From assembly GCA_963575745.1 (NCBI GenBank), contig CAUYUJ010000259.1, positions 372,001-436,000 on the forward strand: a DNA stretch of 64,000 nucleotides. The letters run 5' to 3'. Shown piece by piece: positions 44,946 through 55,296 of this stretch. Origin of the DNA: Prorocentrum cordatum (Eukaryota). The translations under genes and the position numbers were made by a program. The notes beneath the pieces were generated by a model. That model made no database searches, had not been told where the DNA came from, and saw only the letters and a program-made list of their open reading frames with translations. Position 1 is the first letter of the stretch. Each line of letters begins with the position of its first letter.

Positions 44946-47900
44946 GAGACTTCGCTCCCTTCCCACCCATCCCGCCACCTAGAGGGATATATTTCGACCT
45001 TGCTACACGCTTCGTGCAGCCTTCAGCTGCCTCCCGTACTCTCTCAACCCGTGTGGCAGCCTTGTTGCCTCCCACTCTGGTACACACACTTCCCGCCTTT
45101 GGACCCAAGTGTGTCGACCAGCAATACCATCTGCATCGCAGCGCGGGGGAGTGCAGCGTGCAGACCCTAGTTGGCCCCTGGCCCCACTGTAGTTGTTCTC
45201 ACCTCTGGCCCGAGCGGCCCCGTGCCCGGCCATGCTGCTTCGTGACCGACCGTGGTGCATTCCCGAGTCGCGCTTATAATCCCTGGGTTTCTCTTTCAAA
45301 CAGCGGCCTTCAGCTGCTCCTTCGACGACAGACTCGCTTGGCGGCATCCCGCCGCCCTCCCTGGCACGTGCACTTCCTGCCTTAGGACCCAAGTGTGTGT
45401 ACCAGCAATACCGTCCGCATTGCAATCACGTGTTGCGTGTGGTCATAGTGGCCCCTGGCCCCGCTGTCGCTTTTTTTACTCTGCCAGGTTCGTCCTGGCC
45501 CGCAGCTCTGAGACCGACGCTTGGGTGGTTTTCGCCCCGTCACGCTCAGATCCACGCTTCTACTCCCTGGGCTTCCCAAGTTACTACGGCCTTCAGCCGT
45601 GCGTCTCTACCCTCCGTGGGAGCGACCCTGGGCCTGGACCCATCGCCCTAGGGTCTCACGGTGTTCGGACAGTCATTTGACGTGGGTCGCCCCGCCGCGA
45701 CGGCGGAATGCCCGCCGGGTCCGCTTGCACCGTTCTCTGACTGGGTCGCTGACGTGCTCCCGTACATTGCTGCTTACCGCGGTTGGCCGTTGCGTGCCAC
45801 CCTGTGGATAGTGATGCATCGCTCCTACGTGTAACGGTGCGCTCAGTCGTCTCCCCATCGTCGCTCCCGCGCGCAACCTGGTTGTGCGACCACTCCCTGG
45901 GACTTTGTGACTTTGAAGGATGTGCTGCTGTGGGCATGCGACAGCTTCGCTTTCTACGAGCGCTCTTCTCTTACTTGCCTTTGCGTGGGTTGAGAGCCGC
46001 TGGGCGTCACTTAGCCGATTCCTGGTACACGCCCACTCCCGATTGACCGCGTGTCTCTCGCCAGGTCGGGTGCAGGTGTACTTCTGCACTGCGGCACACC
46101 ATATCTGTGGTCTCCCGCGTGCAGGCGCATCCCTCCGCAGTTGTTCCGAGGTTGGCCCCAATTGTCTATGACTTCTGGCGTACTCTGTCTGCCGCCGGGT
46201 GCTTTTTCTGAATCTGCGACGGTTCGCTGGCGCTGTCAGGAATCCCCCTCTTTGCTGGACGACGTCGGCTCTACGCCTTCGGTCTGCTCATACCCGATAC
46301 CCGACTGACACCCTTGGCCTTCTGACACCTTTTTGCACGGAGTCTGGTTCCCACCACCATGCGATTGTCGGTCCGACACGATCCATGACTGGGGATGTGC
46401 GGCGCGCCATTTTGGCCGCGACCGCCTTGGTTCCTGGGTGGCTGACCCCTCAGACTCCCTGGGTTGCAGCTTGCACTGCCGCCTGGCCTCTCAGACGCCC
46501 TGGGTTGCAGCTTGCACCGCCGCCTGATCCGCGGCCCCCGCGCGCGCCCGGGTAATTCGTCACGGCCGCAGCCCGACCGTGACCCGCCGCCGCCGGCGCT
46601 TCCGCCTGCGGCTGTAAAAAAAACTCCAAAAGCCCACCAGAAACGATGCCCAGGGGAGTTGTGTGAAGGAGGTGCGTAGGTAAACAGATCGTGAAACAAG
46701 GAGCCCAATTATGGTAAATATCTCTGGGCCCTCGTGGTGCCTCCCTGAGGCTGCTGTCGGAGAGTATCGGAGCCCCCCTGGGGCTCTGTTGGAAGGTATC
46801 GAGGCCCTCCTGGGGACCTCTTTGGGGCTTGTCGGGGGCCCTGGAAAACCTCTTGGGGTAGTTTTGGAGGGCGTCGATCGATACAGAGGGGATCCTTAAC
46901 TTCCCTCCCTCCTCCTGGGGGCACTCTTTGGCGCTCGTGCGGCCGTATCGTAGGCATTTTGGGCCCCTCACGGGGTTCTCCTGGGCAATTTTGGGGCATC
47001 TCGGGCCCCCATGATTCAATCGCAAGCGAAACCGCGAGACGGCAAATATCATTGATGTCCCATCTGGGTTTGAAGGCTTTGAGGATCTTCGGGGATTCCT
47101 GGATGGCCCTAAGGAGGCATGCTGCATGCCATCTCGAACCAGGTCCGGCTGTATTGAGCCATCTTGGAGGCCACCTTGGAGCGTCGAGTGCTCTATTGGA
47201 GCCATCGTCGGCGGGAGGGTCGGCGGGGGGTACCCCTCGCCAAAAGGAAGAGGGTTTGGGAAGAGAACATGCCCATGTTGGCAGACTACCTATGCACCGA
47301 TGGATGGTGGGATTTTCTTACCGGTCTATTCACAATCGGTTTTTTGTCTGCCTTTACTCTTACGCTCCCCCTCCAGTCGTTATCTCTGTCTCTTCTCATC
47401 ATTGTCCTCCTCGGTTTGCGTTCCTTCCTTGTCCTCCTGCCGATCATCTTCATGTCAATCCGTCCTTTTTCCACCTACTCGCAGTCGTTATCCTCTATCA
47501 GCTATTCCGCCATCCTCTTCCTCATCTCTTTCTTATTTTTCTTCTTATTCTTCTTCTTCTTTTTATTATTCTTCCCTCTTTTCAGATGAAAATGTATCAG
47601 GTGTCCAGGCTTTCCTGCGTCCCAGCGTTACACAGAGTTCCACAGCTAGGTCTCTATCTGAACCAACCGAATCATGACATCATGGGCGTCCTCCTCCTGC
47701 TCGGCCCCTAATCATCCAAAGAGCGACGCGGTCACTGTCCGGTCCGCAGAATCAGCTGTCACTTGCCGATCCGCCGAATCGGCTTTCAGTTGTCAGTCTG
47801 CCGTCGGCGTCTGTGGGCATCGGGACGTTTCCTTCTTTCGCTTCCTAGGCTTCCCGCCATCGCCTGGTCTCCTTCAGCGGAGCTGCTCCTCTCTCCATTC

Positions 47901-48259
47901 TCTGGACGGCGTTTCTCGCCCTCACCTTTCTTCTCCTCCTCCCCCTCCTTCACCGTCTCCCCCTCCAGGGAGACAAAACAGGCCCTGGGGGAGGGGGTCA
48001 GGAGGGAGGGAGGGGTGGGGGGAGGAGGAGGAGGAGGAGGAGGAGGAGGAGAAAGGAGGTCCTGGACTGAGATTGGGTGGGCATCCAGGACCGACCGTTT
48101 CGCCGCAGGGTTCACGAAGCAGGGAGGCGGCACGCGCCGAGCTGCGTCCCTCGCGGGCTCCTTCGGGGACGCAGCCACTGCCACTACCGCTACTGCTGCC
48201 GTTTCCTCTTTCCTCTTCCTCTTCCATTAAGCGCCGAGCGTGGCACATAAACCTTGTTC

Positions 48260-48478
48260 TCTTCCTCCTCCTCCTCCGCCTGCCTCCTCCTCCTCCTCCT
48301 CATCCGCCTTCCTCCTAATTATTCCTCCTCCTGCTGCTCGTGCTCCTCCTCCTCCTCCTTTTCCTCCTCCTCCTTTTCCTCCTCCCCCTTTCCTCCTCCT
48401 CCTCCTCCTCCTCCTCCTCCTCCTCCTCCTCCTCTCTGCCCCCTCTCCTCCTCCTCATCCTCCTCCCCCTCCTCCTCT

Positions 48479-48525
<47 letters not shown>

Positions 48526-48535
48526 CTCCTCCTCA
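48260..48535. repeat. (CCT)n microsatellite
   Basis: Direct reading. Similar tracts lie at 34425-34635, 49990-50110 and 50270-50556. Confidence 0.95.
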
Positions 48536-50169
48536 ATCCCTATCCCTTACAAGTAATTTCTCCCTGTCGCACCCTGAGGCCAGTGATTATGGCGGGCCGG
48601 GCGTTTCGCCTGAGGCGTCCTCACCATTCATGAGTCTGAAGCTTGAACATTGACAACCGTTTCACATATGGAGGGCGGATGGTTTTTAATGTGTTGCTCT
48701 CGCCTCAGCGCCGCGCACATTCGTTTCAAGACTTTGCAAGAGTTTCACGGATTGAGGATCACCGTTTTCAACAAGTGGTTCGCGCTTTGGCGCCGCGCAC
48801 GTTCGTTTTTTTATTGTACGATTGTTTTTTAAATTGTGGTTCTCGCCTGAGCGCTGCGATCAACGTGCCAGAATTCGAGTTTGGGAAGGGTTCAGGGTTT
48901 TGGGGGTGCAACAGGCACATAGATTCGCGGTGTTGAATGGCGTTCTGGCACGATCCAGGATGGCCAAGACGCAACATTCAGGTTGCTCCGTTGCTTTGGA
49001 ATTCCGCGAACAATGTTTTGGCATGCTTCCGGGTCTTCAAATGGGTATCTCCCCACGAGGCAGATCCCTCAATGGAGATGAACCATTGTAGGGGCCTATG
49101 AAGAGGGAGTTTGGAGGGAGGGTGTATTCCAACATCGTTGATGGCTCTTGGGTTTACACTGGTCCTCCTCCTTCTCTTCATCCTCTTCTTCCTCCTCCTC
49201 CTTCTCCTCCTACCCCTACTCCTACCCCTCCCTCCCTCCGTCACCCTCCCCCTCACCTCCCCCTTCCCCCCTCTCCTCCCTCCTCCTTACCCTCTCTCTC
49301 TTTTCGGTTGTAACTCTTGGTGGGTATAACTCCGCGTCGGCGCGGATTTACGGCATCGAATGGCCTTCTGCCCATCCCGCCACTGTGCTTGAGTTGTGGG
49401 TAAAAGGCTTTGGAATTTTCGTTGCGATGTCGCGGGAGGCCTCTCGGGGGCTTCTTGTATGCTATTTTGAAGCCTCTGGGGGCCCGTTCTGGGGTTTCTT
49501 GGAGCTTCCTCGGGGCCTCTTGGGAGCCTCTTGGGGGCCTCTTAGGGCCTTCGTGGGGTCTTCCGGGCGCCTCTTGGGGCGGAAGACTCGGATTTTCTGT
49601 TCGTGTTCCCCTTCTTGGGCCCTTCTTGGGGCTGCCGTTGGGCCTTCTTGAGCCTTCTGGGGCGCCTCTGGAGCCATCTTGGAGCTCTTTGGGCACTCCT
49701 TCGGGACTCTTGGGCGTCTTGCGGCTGTCCTGGGGGCCTCTTGGGCCGTTTTGGATGGAGCATCGGGAATTCGAAAAGTCCAGGACACAAAAATCATTGG
49801 AACACCGACGAGAAATCAATGATGTTAGCCTCTCGGGGCCCTCTTAGGAGTGCTCTTGGGGCGTCTTGGAGGCCTCTTGGGATCATCTTGGGCGTCTTGG
49901 TGCGATCGTCGGGCTACTCCAGGCCCTCTTGGACAATCTCGGGGGCCTCTTGGGGCCCGTTTCGGTCCGTCTTGGGTCTTTCCCTGTGCCTCCTCTTCCT
50001 CCTCCTCCTTCTCCCCCTCCTCCCCCTCCTCCTCCTCCTCCTCCTCCTCCTCCTCCTCCTCCTCCTCCTCCTCCTCCTCCTCCTCCTCCTCCTCCTCCTC
50101 CTCCCCCTCCCCCCTTCCCAGGGATCCCTCGAGGGGGAGCCCCTCCGGCCAGAAAGTGCTCATCCCGAG

Positions 50170-50224
50170 GCCGGCGTCGGCCAGGGCATGCTGGATGCCC
50201 TGGGCCTGGGCCAGCAGGCCGCGG
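50170..50224 (+). CDS. Gene 2 exon (acceptor 50170 or 50185)
   Basis: Short GC3-rich island between CCT tracts. Translates AGVGQGMLDALGLGQQAA(G). G|GC donor in phase 1 matches the exon at 60486. Confidence 0.55.
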
Positions 50225-51017
50225 GCAGCGCCCGGCAGACTGCCGTGTCCCTGCCCCGTCCCGTCCTTCCCTCAATCCTCTTCCTCCTCCTCTTCCTCCT
50301 TTTCTTTCTCCTCCCCCTCCTCCTCTTTCTCTTTTTCCTCCCCCTCCTCCTCCTCCTCCTCCTCCTGCGCCTCCTCCTCCTCCCCATCCTCCTCATCTTC
50401 CTATTCCTCCTCCTCCTCGTCCTCCCCCTCCTCGTCCTTCTCTTCCTCCGCCACTCCGTTCTCCTCTTCTTCCTCCTCCTCCTCCTCCTCCTCCTCCTCC
50501 TCCTCCTCCTCCCCCTCCTCCTGCGCCTCCTCCTCCTTCGCCACCTTCTCCTCCTCTTGGGGGCTCCTGAGGCCTCCTCGGGTTTCCTGGGGCCGCTTGG
50601 GATCTCTTTCGGCCTCTTTCTGAGACTTTTGGAGGCGCCCTTGGGCCCAGGAAGTCCGAGGAGGTCCCAAAGCCTTGGGTTGCCCCAGCCTCGCCCTCCA
50701 CCTTCCGCACCTTCCGGAAGGAAGGTCACTTCGTGTATTTTGGGGTATATGTCGATGTCTGCGGATGTCTGTATATGTCTTGCGTGTCTGTGGATGTTTT
50801 TCCCCATATCCTAAGGATTGGGTTTCTTGTTATTACTCTGACGCCTCCCACGCGCGGACTCCTTCCTCCCGCTCGCGCCTCCCGCCTCCCAATGATAATC
50901 ACCAGATAAGACAAGACAATATAGGATACTACAAGATAAGATAAGATAGCACAATATATGATAAGAAGAGATTTCAAGATAAGATAAGATAAGTTAAGCT
51001 CACACTCGCACTCTCTC

Positions 51018-51853
51018 ATGATCACAAAACGCTGCCAGGGGCATCACTTGGGAGCCCCAAGGGGGAGCCACCCTGGCTGATCTCACGAGCCCGTTCGCGC
51101 CGATTTTGGTGGGACGTCTCAGCTAGAATTGCCGTTTGGCGCCCCAACATGTATCTCTTGAGAGCCTCATGGTCACAAAACGCTGCCAGGGGCATCATTT
51201 GGGAGCCCCAAGGGGGAGCCACCCTGGCTGATCTCACGAGCCCGTTCGCGCCGATTTTGGTGGGACGTCTCAGCTAGAATTGCCGTTTGGCGCCCCCAAC
51301 ATGTATCTCTTGAGAGCCTCATGGTCGCAAAACGCTGCCAGGGGCATCATTTGGGAGCCCCAAGGGGGAGCCACCCTGGCTGATCTCACGAGCCCGTTCG
51401 CGCCGATTTTGGTGGGACGTCTCAGCTAGAATTGCCGTTTGGCGCCCCCAACATGTATCTCTTGAGAGCCTCATGGTCACAAAACGCTGCCAGGGGCATC
51501 ATTTGGGAGCCCCAAGGGGGAGCCACCCTGGCTGATCTCACGAGCCCGTTCGCGCCGATTTTGGTGGGACGTCCTCAGCTAGAATTGCCGTTTGGCGCCC
51601 CCAACATGTATCTCTTGAGAGCCTCATGGTCGCAAAACGCTGCCAGGGGCATCATTTGGGAGCCCCAAGGGGGAGCCACCCTGGCTGATCCACGAGCCCG
51701 TTCGCGCCGATTTTGGTGGGACGCCTCAGCTAGAATTGCCGTTTGGCCTCCCCAACATGTATCTCTTGAGAGCCTCATGGTCACAAAACGCTGCCAGGGG
51801 CATCATTTGGGAGCCCCAAGGGGGAGCCACCCTGGCTGATCTCACGAGCCCGT
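51018..51853. repeat. Near-identical 151-153 bp tandem array, ~5.5 copies
   Basis: Anchor C(A/G)CAAAACGCTGCCAGGGG at 51023, 51174, 51326, 51478, 51631 and 51782. Confidence 0.97.
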
Positions 51854-51855
<2 letters not shown>

Positions 51856-51901
<46 letters not shown>

Positions 51902-51903
51902 GG

Positions 51904-51978
<75 letters not shown>

Positions 51979-52013
51979 GAGTTGAGAGAGGAGACAGGCG
52001 AGAGAAAGAGAGA

Positions 52014-52075
<62 letters not shown>

Positions 52076-52112
52076 AGAAGAGAGAAGAGAGAGAGAGAGA
52101 GAGAGAGATAGA

Positions 52113-52186
<74 letters not shown>

Positions 52187-52285
52187 CGAGAGAGAGAGAG
52201 AGAGAGAGAGCAGAGAGAGAGAGAGAGAGAGAGAGAGCGGGAGAGAGCGAGGGAGAGCGAGAGAGAGCGAGAGAGAGCGAGTGAG

Positions 52286-52327
<42 letters not shown>

Positions 52328-52366
52328 CGACAGAGAGCGAGAGAGAGCAAGAGAGAGCGAGAGAGC

Positions 52367-52424
<58 letters not shown>

Positions 52425-52430
52425 GAGAAA

Positions 52431-52464
<34 letters not shown>

Positions 52465-52490
52465 AGAGAAGAGAAGAGAAGAGAGAGAGC

Positions 52491-52523
<33 letters not shown>

Positions 52524-52762
52524 GAGAGAGCAGAGAGAGAATAGAGAGAAGAGAGAGAGGAGAGAGAGAGAGAGAGAGGCAGAGATAGAGGCAGAGAGAG
52601 AGAGGCACAGAGAGAGAGGCAGAGAGAGAGAGAGAGGCAGAGAGACAGAGGCAGAGAGAGAGGCAGAGAGAGAGAGAGAGGCAGGGAAAGAGAGGCAGAG
52701 ACAGAGAGAGGGCAGAGAGAGAGAGAGAGACAGAGAGAGCAGAGAGAGCAGAGAGAGAGGCA
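51856..52762. repeat. ~900-bp (GA)n tract grading into (GGCAGAGA..)n
   Basis: Direct reading of the sequence. Confidence 0.97.
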
Positions 52763-52909
52763 GCTCAGTCACACTTAAATCCAGATTCGTCCTCACCGAG
52801 TCCCACCACCAAGGGAGCGCCAGCAAGGATATGCACAGATGGGGATCCCCACGCAGTGAATAATTGTTGTGTCTGTGTGTAGTTGCGAATTGTCGATGCT
52901 TGTAGAGGG

Positions 52910-53215
52910 TGGCGATGCTGGTGACAATGATGTACATGATGAGGATGACGACGAAAACGACGACGATGATGATGATGATGCTGATGATGGTGGTGATGAT
53001 GATGATAACCATGGCGATAACGGCGATGATGGTGGTGGTAAGAAAGGTGGTGCTGACAGCGATGATGACGAATATGATGGTGGTGATCTTGGTGATCGAC
53101 AGTACTGCGATTCTGGTTATGATGCCCATTCTGACGATGACGATTACGACAACACTGGTGATTATCGCGATGATGGGAACAATGGTGATGACGACGATGA
53201 CGGCGATGATGACGA
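52910..53215. repeat. Degenerate (GAT)n microsatellite
   Basis: Direct reading. A similar tract lies at 57835-58410. Confidence 0.9.
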
Positions 53216-53329
53216 CCCGCCCCCCACAACCCCCCACGACGCGGGCGCCGACGTTCCCACTGTCCCCGCCCGCATGTGTTCGCGCCACAGATTTCCGCAG
53301 ACCCTTCATACGATTCGTTGCCTCCTAGG

Positions 53330-53945
53330 CCCTAGGGAGCTCCACCCATGCGTCCGCGCGACTGCTTGCGGCAACCCTCTGAACAGCGCGGTTTCATGGA
53401 CACTCGGTTCCAGTGGCGCCGCCCGCAAGTGTGCGCGCCGCCCATTTCAGCGCACCCCTCACGCGTTTCGTGGCCCCATAGGGAGCCCCGCCGAAGGTCC
53501 CAGCGGCACCGCCCGCATGTGTCCGCCCTACCTATTTCATCGTCCCCGCTGGCACGCTTGGGGAGTTTCACCGAAGGCTCCCTCACACGTTGCGCGGCGT
53601 CATACGGAACTCCACCGAAAACCCCAGTGCCACCGCCCGCATGCGTCCCCCACGCCAAGTTCGGCACATACTTCACACGCTTCTTGGCCCTGGGGAGCTC
53701 CACAGAAAGCACCAACGCCACCACACACATGCGTACCCCACACCCATTCCGGCAGACCCCTCGCAAGGAGCTCCACCATAGGAACCAGTGCCAAAGTCCG
53801 CATGCGCCCCCCGCACCCATTTCGGCGCACACCTTACACGTTTCGTTTCCCGGGGGGAGCCCCACCGGAAGCTCCAGTGCCACCGCCCGCATGCGCCCCC
53901 GCCCACACCCATGTCGACACATCCCTCACCCGCTTCGTGGCCCCT
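53330..53945. repeat. Degenerate ~80-bp tandem repeat family (also ~12585-12800 forward and ~55920-56300 reverse)
   Basis: Recurrent GGAGCTCCACCGAAGGTCCCAGTG.CACCGCCCGCATGCG..CCCTCACACGTTTCGTGGCCCC. Confidence 0.8.
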
Positions 53946-54520
53946 AGAGAGCGAGAGGGAGAGAAAGACAGAGAGGGAGAGAGAGAGGGAGAGGGAGAGA
54001 TATTGGAGCATGTTGGGTTGTCTTCGGCCATCGTGGGGGCCTTCTTGGGCTCTCCGAGGCACCCTTGGGGCCGCACTGTGCCATCGTAAACGCTCCAACG
54101 TCTCGCCGCCTCCCATCCCCGCTCAGGCAGAAAGGGTTCGGAAAAGGGGAAGCCCCTTTTATACCACCTACGCCCTGAAAGGGCTGGTGGGATGGCGGCC
54201 GCAAGTGCTGGCCATCGTGGACCCCAACCCGTGACTTATTTGGTTATGGGTGTAGATGTTACGTTGTGCGATATATGTGGTCCAACGCGCATGACGGGGG
54301 CTATGGGTGTGAACGCTATTACCATTACGATGGTAACGCAGTCGTGCAACATCTGAGTTTTGAATTGGAATTGACAACAATTCGGCGCGAATAACTGCGG
54401 TACCAGCTACGCGTTGCAAACATGCTATGCTAGCGATGTCGCGCACGTCCTGCTGTGCCCGCTGCAGTCTGGGGGGCGTCACTTGGTTTTCATGTGCCAG
54501 TGTTCGGGCACCTCGGCCGG

Positions 54521-55296
54521 ATGTCTTAGTTTCGGGGCGGCGAAACTCGGACACCGCGACTGGAGTCTCAGTTCCACGCAGCCGAAACTCTGACATCCGA
54601 TCGTGGAGCATGAGCTACGGCCCGCGAAACTCTATCAGTACGTGTGTGCCTTAGGTTCACGCGACGAAACCCGACGCCCTTTACCGAATGTTTGAATTTC
54701 GCGCTGCAAAGTTCAGACTCCGAGACTGGTGTCTTAGTTCCGCGCGCCCGAAGCCCAGACGCCACGACTGGCGTCTGAGTTTCGCGCGCTCGAAACTCAG
54801 ACACCCTGACCGAATGTCTGAGTTTCGCGAGCGAAACTCAGACATCACGGCCGAATGTCTGAGTTCCGTTGGCCGAAACTCAGGCATCGCGGCCCCATAT
54901 CTGAGTTTCGCGAGCCGAAACTCGGACTTCACGGCAGCCTGTCTGAGTTTCGCGGGCCGAAACGCAGGCATCGCCACCAAATGTCTGAGTTTCGCGGCCC
55001 GAAACTCAGACATCGCGGCCCCATGTCTGAGTTCCGCGGGCCGAAACTCGGACATCACGGCCTCATGTCTGAGTTTCGCGGCCCGAAATTCAGACATCGC
55101 CACCGACCGTCCGAGTTTCGCAGCCCGAAATTCAGACATCGCGGCCCCATGTCTGAGTTTCGCGGGCCGAGACTCGGACATCACGGCCCCATGTCTGAGT
55201 TTCGCGGGCCGAAACGCAGACATCGTCACCGAAAGTCCGAGTTTCGCGGCCCGGGACTCAGACATCGCGGCCGCCTGTCTGAGTTTCGCGGCTCGG
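54521..55296. repeat. Array of ~19 x 42-bp palindromic (hairpin) units
   Basis: Unit = ATGTCTGAGTTTCG-N5-CGAAACTCAGACAT-N9. A perfect 14-bp stem occurs at 54981-55013. Starts fall every 42 bp from 54855 to 55275 and are more degenerate leftwards. Confidence 0.95.

Noticed and set aside
46406..46416. Relic dinoflagellate spliced leader (GCCATTTTGGC)
   Set aside because: Only 11 of ~22 nt match and no ORF follows. A similar 10-nt match near 25100 lies in satellite, so chance is likely.
49603..50814. 403-aa Leu-rich ORF
   Set aside because: It is CCAAGA satellite plus CCT tracts; only the ~55-bp island at 50170 looks coding.
51726..53309. 527-aa minus-strand ORF (SL repeats)
   Set aside because: Translation of GA and GAT microsatellites.
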